From the NCBI GenBank assembly GCA_020852275.1, contig JADZBE010000017.1, positions 64,551-128,550 on the forward strand: 64,000 nt of DNA. Reading direction: 5' to 3'. The notes under the pieces are model-generated. The model was not told the DNA's origin and did not search any database. It was given only the letters and a program-made list of their open reading frames with translations. This document shows positions 58,001 through 64,000 of the stretch, piece after piece; position 1 is the stretch's first letter; every line of letters begins with the position of its first letter. Made by a program: the position numbers and the translations under genes. This DNA is from Phycisphaerales bacterium (GTDB taxonomy: Bacteria > Planctomycetota > Phycisphaerae > UBA1845).

Positions 58001-58840
58001 TGCATCTATGCCGCTAATCCGCATGACAATACGCGCAAGGTCGCCGAAGCGCACTGGCGACTGGGTGCGGTGCAGGAGCAGAACAAGCAGTTCGTCGAGG
58101 GCGAGGGTTCCGCCCGCGAGGCGCTGCGGCTGCTGGACGGCGTCGCCAACCAGGACTACGGATTCACGGGCGCCACGATCTCCCTGCTGGGCGGCTGCGT
58201 CATGGGGCAGGGGCGCCTCGAAGAGGCCGAGCCGATCCTGCGCGAGGCGTTCGAGAATCTCCTGAGCGTCGTGGGACCCGGCAACGGCAACACCAGCGTG
58301 GCGTTCGGGCGGTTGCTGCGGTATTACAAGGCCGCGGATCGGACCGGCGACGCCGGTGAGTTGATCGCTGACTACATGTCCCTCTTTCCGCAGCGGCGGC
58401 AAGGGGCCTCGGTGACGATCGCGGCGCTGCGGCAGATTCTCCACGACCCGAGCTGGCCGGTTGCCGCGTTTGAGGGCGCCCTTCCGGCTGCCGAATACTG
58501 CGCGTCGCTGCTCCCCGGCGATGCGGGGGCGAAGATGCGAGTCGGCATCGTTCTGTATCGCGCGGGGCGTTTTGCGGAAGCCCATCCTTATCTGAGAGAG
58601 TCCGACTTGATGCTGGATGAGAAGAACTCCACGGGCGCGGCCTACCGGGCGATGGTCGAAGCGCGGCTCGGGAGGGCGGACGAGGCGCAGTCGGCCCTGC
58701 AGCGTCTTGAGGAGATAGTGGGCAAGACCGCTCAACCGGGCGCGGGAACGCTGGGGCTCCTGGCGGAAGCGAGGGCAGCGCTCGCCGGGCTGGAGCCGGC
58801 GCCGGCGCCGCCGTCGATTGGCGATGAGGAGTCGCCGTGA
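55097..58840 (+). CDS. Ser/Thr protein kinase with a TM segment and a long TPR-like C-terminal region (start uncertain)
   Basis: Kinase motifs GEGGMGVVYLA, VALKLIK, HRDLKPGNILV, DFGV and SPEQ. A TM helix follows (WMAASAALTAVFLLTFAVYAGV), then a coiled-coil and ~750 aa of helical repeats. Confidence 0.85.
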   Translation: MQIKTLGLELPPDHSRSGPPWVECPDIGSVPQFRRLKGQVEQMGMPGHFGGAFGLPSGIASRLAGGELEPGVERSTGSTEHTAAATNATNGAATASVEAATDVTGAVPSPPLPRSTRNTLDSSPFWEPQRHVVVRGQFGRYRILEAIGEGGMGVVYLAEQDNPRRRVALKLIKGGFDSARVLRRLEFEAHILAKLQHPGIAAIIESSVAITDHGAQPYFAMEYVEGERLTEYARNARLSTRRRLELLSRVCEAVHHAHQRGVVHRDLKPGNILVTADGQPKILDFGVGAVTDGSYETTTQHTRTGQFVGTLPYMSPEQVSGDPRTVDTRTDVYALGVLGYELLTGRLPLDLKDKPLPEAVRIIQEDTPPSMSTLDRALGGEVQRLIGKAMEKDRDRRYPSADAFAADIGRFLRDEPIEARGDSAWYVLRKYIRRHRWMAASAALTAVFLLTFAVYAGVQADINRHLAEEQSKAHLAAVAAKEVAVTAKEEALTAKETAVRLGEEAGRERDEARKAREAEEQQRKEAENEARRAQSVTAFLVRTLGLADPDVTQTPDLTIRQMLDEASSQIETSLSAQPAAEATVRTVIGRAYATLGDLELARVHLERALELRRLRAEEEPEALYETLLPYFQVQTDLNDVQAHNLGYELQDLGLRVIKLRDEELATAVSAFRARTASGSNPMFTDSAFHEARALAERKLAPDDPMWLYVADQFLLGAYRLGYRDGPGLACGYIRGALDIQRRLLPETHTRVVRTLNLLITYSLGAGEARTAEGLAQQTLALLAAKLPENHWYLHVYRGKLAACLIPQGRQEEAEPLLLSALNGVSASRGDNNSYVAEIHKTLAALYASRGEEVRAREQRSKFASALTRSSLVLAWREVDPVYAACAGPAFGEDLEELAQQLDGLRSVLSTASSEVTTALERVIESRRQFLEDEDPQSAVIADLLSSWQHAHRNRLTVEASEAMLREALCIYAANPHDNTRKVAEAHWRLGAVQEQNKQFVEGEGSAREALRLLDGVANQDYGFTGATISLLGGCVMGQGRLEEAEPILREAFENLLSVVGPGNGNTSVAFGRLLRYYKAADRTGDAGELIADYMSLFPQRRQGASVTIAALRQILHDPSWPVAAFEGALPAAEYCASLLPGDAGAKMRVGIVLYRAGRFAEAHPYLRESDLMLDEKNSTGAAYRAMVEARLGRADEAQSALQRLEEIVGKTAQPGAGTLGLLAEARAALAGLEPAPAPPSIGDEESP

Positions 58841-59268
58841 CCGAACAGCGCTGCACGGATTCGGAGGAGCACCTCGTCGGTTGACGGCGCCGGGGGGTCC
58901 GCGCGTCGAGCTTCCATGGCGTCCGCAGCCATGGCCATCTGATCGAAGATGGCCGGGCTGAGGAGCGCAGCGGCGGGTTGAGCAAGCCCACCGTTGAGCG
59001 CGCGACGCCGCAGGACGTTGCGCTCGCTGCGCGCCAGTTTCAGTGTTTGAAGCAGCGCCTCGAAGAGTGCCTGCGGATCGTCCACCTGCGGCGGCGCCTG
59101 CTTGCGCCGCTGAATGCGAACAGCCAGACTCGTCGCGGCGATCAGCATCGCCAGTCCGCCGAGAATCGCGCACAAGGAGCTGACGGAGCTGTTCGACGCG
59201 AACCCGCGGCGAAACGTCTCGACGATTGACGGCAGTTCCGACACCAGGCTCACGGCTTGCGCGGTCAT
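58732..59268 (-). CDS. hypothetical single-TM protein, translationally coupled to the HEAT-repeat gene
   Basis: Its ATG overlaps the upstream stop (ATGA at 59265-59268). The TM segment is LCAILGGLAMLIAATSLAV. Its 3' end overlaps the convergent kinase gene by ~109 nt, so the true extent is uncertain. Confidence 0.45.
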   Translation of the reverse strand: MTAQAVSLVSELPSIVETFRRGFASNSSVSSLCAILGGLAMLIAATSLAVRIQRRKQAPPQVDDPQALFEALLQTLKLARSERNVLRRRALNGGLAQPAAALLSPAIFDQMAMAADAMEARRADPPAPSTDEVLLRIRAALFGHGDSSSPIDGGAGAGSSPASAALASARSPSVPAPG

Positions 59269-61058
59269 GCGATTCGCACCTTCCGTTCCTCGCCGGCGTG
59301 GGCGCCGTCCGCCCGGCTCAACTGAAGGAGAAGCTTGTTGGCGCTGCGCCGCACGTTTTCATCCGCGTCGTCGCGCCCCATGAAGGCCAGTCGTTCGCCA
59401 AGCGGGGTCAGTTGCAACTGTCCGATCACCCACATCGCGCTGAGCTTCGACGCCCTCGAGCCATCGTCCAGCATGTCCAGAAGCGCGTGGCCGGCGTTCT
59501 CGGCGTCGTGAGAAATCAGCGCTTTGACGGCGTTCGCGCGCAGCCGAGGATGTCGCGCCGTCAACTTCGGCTGCACCCACTCGTCGAAGCGAGGCGGCGA
59601 AAGCTGTTCCAACGCCTCGATTGCATTGGCCTGCACGCGCGGATCGGCGTCGTCCAGCGCGGCGCGCAGCAGTCGTGCGCTGGTTGCTCCGGGCAGCGCG
59701 CCGAGCCGCGCGACGGCCGTGGCGCGGACCGCGGGTTCGGCGTCGTGAACGAGACGTGAAATGACATCGGCGACCGACGTCTCGACATGCGTTGCTCGGA
59801 CCTCGGCGAGCGCTTCGAGGCGCTCCAGCGGGTTGGAGGAAGCGAGGCGGGAGCGCAGGGTCGGGGCAGCGCTTGGCGGGCGCGACGGCGTGCTGCGCGA
59901 GGCATTCGGCTGACCGCGGAATCGCGAGCCGCGGGCTTCTTCCGGACGGCGGCGGTTGTATTCCCGTTGAGCGACTTCGACCAGATGTCCCTCCGCTCGG
60001 GTCCGCATCTCCCCGAGCAGTTGGGTGGCGTGCTCGGAAGGATCCTCGATCAGGCTCCACAGCGAGGCCTCGCGCAGCGCAGGCGTGTCCCCGAGCAGCA
60101 GATGCCGGTGGAAGTCCAGCTTGCGTGCGGCGGTCATGCCGCTGCAGCGGACGAGTTCCAGGATGCGAAAGGCGTTGCGTGCGTCGCGTCGAGCGAGCGG
60201 TTCGAGGCGTCCGGCCAGCCAGGGCAACGCCCGGACACGCCGAAAGTTCGTTCGAATCCGCGGATCCTTCAGGAGCCATGCGGAGCTGACCAGCGCCGCG
60301 GCGAATTCCCCGTCCTGACGGCGTTCGAGGCGCCGGATGGCGAACGTGCCAACGACGTCCAGACCCAGCGCGCGCCAAACAAAAGGCGCAAGCCGCGCGT
60401 CGCGCGTGGAGAGAACCAGCTCCCCGAGCGCCTGCACGAAGTGCCCGCGGTGATTTTCGATTTTGCGCCGCAGCGCGTTCTCGGTCCACGGGGCCAACTG
60501 CATGGCGGCCGTGAGGATCTCAGGCCTGAAATGCAGTTCCCACAAGTGAATCGCGCGGTCGAGCGTTGCGGCGATATGAGACAGGTCGGAAGGCTGCTCC
60601 CCAGGGGGAAAAGGAGCGTGCCGGGCCTGCGCGTCGCCCGCGCGCCGCGAAGCGAACGTTTCGATCGCCCGAGCGCAGCGATCCTTTACGGCGGGATCAT
60701 CTCCCGCCAGCCCTTCCGCGAGCACATCCGACATGGAGGCGCGGTCACCCCGGACGACGAGTTCAATGGCGGAGAGTTTCTCGTCCCGGCTGCCGCCGCT
60801 GAAAACATCAAGAATGCCGCCGCGAAGCCGGACGCTTTCGCGGGCGAGGAGCTCTTGCACGGTTGGCGGGAACGTCGCAAAGCAGGCCACGAGGCGTCGC
60901 ATCGCATGCGGCCTCCCCCGCTCGAAGAGCGTGTCCAGCAGGAGGGGCGCGCGCTCCTCTTCCACGTGAGGCAGCGCTTCGATCAGCGCCGCATCCGCGG
61001 CCAGGTTCCGCTGACCTTTCAACGCATTGAGCATCGTACGGAAGGAATTCTGGATCAT
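59265..61058 (-). CDS. HEAT/armadillo-repeat protein
   Basis: From MIQNSFRTMLNAL.... HEAT-like units include DAEPAVRATAVARLGAL, DADPRVQANAIEALEQL, RHPRLRANAVKALI and DADENVRRSANKLL. Confidence 0.7.
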   Translation of the reverse strand: MIQNSFRTMLNALKGQRNLAADAALIEALPHVEEERAPLLLDTLFERGRPHAMRRLVACFATFPPTVQELLARESVRLRGGILDVFSGGSRDEKLSAIELVVRGDRASMSDVLAEGLAGDDPAVKDRCARAIETFASRRAGDAQARHAPFPPGEQPSDLSHIAATLDRAIHLWELHFRPEILTAAMQLAPWTENALRRKIENHRGHFVQALGELVLSTRDARLAPFVWRALGLDVVGTFAIRRLERRQDGEFAAALVSSAWLLKDPRIRTNFRRVRALPWLAGRLEPLARRDARNAFRILELVRCSGMTAARKLDFHRHLLLGDTPALREASLWSLIEDPSEHATQLLGEMRTRAEGHLVEVAQREYNRRRPEEARGSRFRGQPNASRSTPSRPPSAAPTLRSRLASSNPLERLEALAEVRATHVETSVADVISRLVHDAEPAVRATAVARLGALPGATSARLLRAALDDADPRVQANAIEALEQLSPPRFDEWVQPKLTARHPRLRANAVKALISHDAENAGHALLDMLDDGSRASKLSAMWVIGQLQLTPLGERLAFMGRDDADENVRRSANKLLLQLSRADGAHAGEERKVRIA

Positions 61059-61565
61059 GGCGACTCCCGGAGTATTTCGGTCGAAACCACGATCTTGCTT
61101 GCGGCTCCGAGGGCGCCGCCTCCCGTTTGCACCGTTTGCGGTTTGGACGGCATACCGGTTGGCCACCGCACGGGCGGACGGGGCGGGGCGGCTGCGTGCC
61201 CTCACAGGTGTTTCCGTAGTCTTCCGCCCACCGCGGCGGCTGGCGTCCGGTATCCCGGCGTGCGTTGAGCCGCAATGAGCACAGGCGAGTCCACATGGCG
61301 CATCAGCCGTGCAGGCAAGGACTGCGTTGCGTATCGGACCAGCCGGTGGAAGGGCGCATGCCCGCTGCGCCGCGTGGCTGACGGGCGAACCATCTGCCGT
61401 GCCGGAAGTGTTTCCGCGGCCTTTTCGGAACTGCTGGTCTATGCTAAGATTAGGGATCGGGGGAAGCCCCTGCGGGGTCGGCTTGCTGCGTGTGGGAAGG
61501 GCCGAGCCGCAGTGCGATCGAGTGGTCCGCCAATCAGGTGCTTCCCGCCTTCAGGAAACCTAATC

Positions 61566-64000
61566 ATGTTTGCAAAGTCTCCGTGGCGACGGGCGTCTGT
61601 GTTCGCGGTCGTCGCGTTTCTGCCCGCGCTCCTGCTGGTTTCGTGCGTGAATCAGGTCGCGCCTCCCGCGAATGACAATGAAGACGGCGCCGCGGGGCGA
61701 CCGATCTCCGGGCGCCTGGTGATCAGTCCCGATGAGCTGGTGCTTTCCAGCGCCGGGGAGACCCTGCAGGTGACGGTGCAGGGCGCGTTCAGCAACGGCT
61801 CGACGCGGAACCTGACCGCCGCATCGACGGGAACCCGGTACAGTCTCAGTTCGACGGGCGTGGCGACGGTGACGGGGGGGGGCCTGCTGACGGCGCTGGC
61901 GGAGGGTCGCACAACGCTGATCGTGGTCAACGGCGGCAACTCGGCGCGCAAGACCGTCGTCGTTTCGTTCGCGCCGGCGTTCGAGAGCCTGCAGATCGAG
62001 CCTTCCGACCTGACGTTCACGGATCCCGTGGACTCCGTTCAGTTGGCCGTGTTCGGCGTGCGGGGCGACGGCGGCCGCGAGGACGTGACCGCGCGCGTGA
62101 CCTCGTTTGAAAGCTCGGACGGCGCCACGGTTTCGGTGGATGCCGCGGGGCTTGTCGCTCCGCTGCAGGACGGCGTGGCGACGGTCACGGCTCACCTCGG
62201 CTCGCTGACGGCTTCGATCGTCGTGACGGTGCGATTCTCGGCGCCGCCTCCGGAAGGTTCGGAGTTGGTGGCGCTGAACACCCTGCCGACGGCATTCACG
62301 CTTAACTCGAACGGCGCGACGCAGCAGCTTCAGGTGCTCGGCACGTTCGAGTTCGAGAATGAGCAGGGCGACACGGTTCGAGTCACCTCGGACCTGACGG
62401 CGCCTTCAACCGGGACGACGTACGTTTCGTCCAACGCCGAAGTGGCTTCCGTGGATTCCCGTGGCTTGGTGACGGCCCGGCTCGACGTCGGCAGCGGGTT
62501 TGCCAACATCACGGCGAGCAACAGCGGCATATCTACCACCAGCCGCGCGACGGTGGCGATTGGCGGCGGCGGGGGCGGCGGGGGGGGCGGCGGCGGGGAA
62601 GGCGGTGGAGGCGGTGAGCAGCAGGGCCCGGCCTTCGGCTGGGAGTTTCAACCGCTGCCGTCTCCGCGCAACAGCCATGCCATGGCATTCGACAGCGCGC
62701 GCAACGTCGCGGTGCTGTTCGGCGGCTACGGCCAGAAGATCGAGGGTGACACCTGGGAGTGGAACGGATCGGGCGAGTGGAAACTGGCGTCCAGCCATGG
62801 TCCTTCGCCGCGGTACGCCCACGCGATGGCGTACGACGCCGTTCGTGGCGTGACCGTTCTGTACGGCGGCACCAACGGCGCAGCGCGCAACGGTGAAACA
62901 TGGGAGTGGGACGGTGCGGCGTGGCGGCTGGCGGCGACGACGGGACCCGGACCGCTGAGTTCACACGCGATGACGTACGACGCGGCGCGCGGCGGCGTGA
63001 TCCTCTTCGGCGGCTCCGACGAGAACCGGTCCCTGAACAGAAACACCTGGTCGTGGGATGGCGCGGCGTGGACGCTGCTGGCAGATGCCGGTCCATCACC
63101 CCGCATCCTGACGGCGCTGTGCTACGACAGCGCCCGGCAAGTCGTCGTGCTGTACGGCGGCGATGAAATCGAGGACGAAAAGAGGCCCGGTGGAGGCGAT
63201 CCCGGCGTCAACGGGGAGACGTGGGAGTGGAACGGAGCGGCTTGGAGCTTCATCACGACTTCCGGCCCCTCGCCGCGGAAGGGGCACGTGCTGACGTACG
63301 ATTCCGTGCGGCAGGTGTCGGTGCTCAATGGCGGTCTGGACGGCGCGTTTGACGGGGAGACATGGACGTGGAACGGTCAAGCATGGGTGCTGATCGGCTC
63401 GGGCGGACCCAGCCCCCGCTCATCTCATGCCATGGTCTTCGACTCCGCCCGCGGTCACTGCTTCATTTACGGCGGGTACGACGGGACGGATGACGGGGAG
63501 GCGTGGAGCTGGGACGGCGCCCGTTGGGTGCTGCGGGCGGACAGCACACGCCCCACGCCGCGCCATCTGCACACCATGGCGTTCGACTCGATCCGCGGCG
63601 TGACGGTGCTGTTCGGCGGGTCGGACGGCGAACTGGACGGGGAAACGTGGGAGTATGACGGACGAGTGTGGCTGCTTCGCAGCACCACCGGTCCGTCGCC
63701 CCGGCGCAGCGCCGCGATGGTGTTCGACAGCGTCCGGCGGGGCTGCGTCCTCTTCGGCGGCGACAACGGAGAAGCCGACACCCGAACGTGGGTCTGGAAC
63801 GGCGCTTCCTGGAGCGTGATTGCCAACGGCGGTCCGGCGCCGCGGAGCGGACACGCGATGAGCTACGATTCCGACCGCAATGTGACCGTTCTGTTCGGCG
63901 GATTCGACGGAAACGTGAATGGGGAGACATGGGAGCTGTCCGGCGCGCAGTGGACCCTGCGCTCGACTCTGGGGCCAGGCGGGCGCACCGAACACGCGAT
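61566..64000 (+). CDS. lipoprotein with Ig-like (Big_2-type) domains, a poly-Gly linker and Kelch-type repeats; 3' end beyond the window
   Basis: My own translation gives MFAKSPWRRASVFAVVAFLPALLLVSC (lipobox). About three Big_2-like units follow (LQVTVQGAFSNGSTRNLT..., VQLAVFGVRGDGGREDVT..., LQVLGTFEFENEQGDTVRVT...), then GGGGGGGGGGGEGGGGGE. After that, repeated units of type PSPR..HAM.YD..R...VLFGG......ETWEW.G..W appear at least 10 times. It is missing from the ORF track because no stop lies in the window. Confidence 0.8.
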   Translation, partial: MFAKSPWRRASVFAVVAFLPALLLVSCVNQVAPPANDNEDGAAGRPISGRLVISPDELVLSSAGETLQVTVQGAFSNGSTRNLTAASTGTRYSLSSTGVATVTGGGLLTALAEGRTTLIVVNGGNSARKTVVVSFAPAFESLQIEPSDLTFTDPVDSVQLAVFGVRGDGGREDVTARVTSFESSDGATVSVDAAGLVAPLQDGVATVTAHLGSLTASIVVTVRFSAPPPEGSELVALNTLPTAFTLNSNGATQQLQVLGTFEFENEQGDTVRVTSDLTAPSTGTTYVSSNAEVASVDSRGLVTARLDVGSGFANITASNSGISTTSRATVAIGGGGGGGGGGGGEGGGGGEQQGPAFGWEFQPLPSPRNSHAMAFDSARNVAVLFGGYGQKIEGDTWEWNGSGEWKLASSHGPSPRYAHAMAYDAVRGVTVLYGGTNGAARNGETWEWDGAAWRLAATTGPGPLSSHAMTYDAARGGVILFGGSDENRSLNRNTWSWDGAAWTLLADAGPSPRILTALCYDSARQVVVLYGGDEIEDEKRPGGGDPGVNGETWEWNGAAWSFITTSGPSPRKGHVLTYDSVRQVSVLNGGLDGAFDGETWTWNGQAWVLIGSGGPSPRSSHAMVFDSARGHCFIYGGYDGTDDGEAWSWDGARWVLRADSTRPTPRHLHTMAFDSIRGVTVLFGGSDGELDGETWEYDGRVWLLRSTTGPSPRRSAAMVFDSVRRGCVLFGGDNGEADTRTWVWNGASWSVIANGGPAPRSGHAMSYDSDRNVTVLFGGFDGNVNGETWELSGAQWTLRSTLGPGGRTEHA

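Overview
This is a high-GC bacterial chromosomal segment. I read about 50 protein genes, 2 tRNA genes and an unusually rich set of intergenic repeats. All calls come from reading the sequence and translations by eye; no database search or computation was run. The gene content (HAF-repeat and dockerin-like secreted proteins, a TPR Ser/Thr kinase, many sigma54-type promoters) suggests a PVC/Planctomycetota-like organism, but that is a weak inference.

Main blocks, in order:
- **1-5.2 kb, housekeeping:** lysC (cut by the window edge), a YgfZ/GcvT-like gene, a phosphohexomutase and an MgtC-family gene.
- **6.6-18.8 kb, hydrogenase supercluster (13 genes, all minus strand):** truncated hypF, hypC, hypD, hypE, a receiver and a histidine kinase, a four-subunit group-3b-type [NiFe] hydrogenase, a maturation protease, hypA and hypB.
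- **19-25.9 kb:** an acyl-CoA synthetase, an HAF-repeat protein, an amidohydrolase, yacG and an FmdB-type zinc ribbon.
- **26-32.5 kb, chaperone cluster:** groEL2, groES, groEL1, dnaJ, grpE, with dense repeat arrays between the genes.
- **32.8-38.9 kb:** DUF962, serA-like, rsmG, an S8 protease and a DHOD-like gene.
- **39.2-47.5 kb, the most interesting locus:** a receiver/CBS/Rieske/cytochrome b/octahaem (HAO-like) cytochrome c operon. It sits back to back with a globin-coupled sensor kinase and an NtrC-type sigma54 activator, and each arm has a sigma54-type -24/-12 promoter.
- **47.7-51.8 kb:** a more A/T-rich islet of secreted proteins next to a duplicated tRNA-Leu and gltX 3' end.
- **51.8-64 kb:** gltX, a receiver-HTH regulator, a TPR Ser/Thr kinase, a HEAT-repeat protein and a Big_2/Kelch lipoprotein (cut by the window end).

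Repeat families found:
- a 162-bp MITE-like element with terminal inverted repeats (4 copies plus a remnant)
- heptanucleotide tandem arrays at 5 loci
- a hairpin array between groES and groEL1
- a 14-bp tandem array in the hyp cluster
- a REP-like hairpin showing compensatory base changes

Many long ORFs in the supplied track are antisense shadow ORFs typical of high-GC DNA, and I did not call them.
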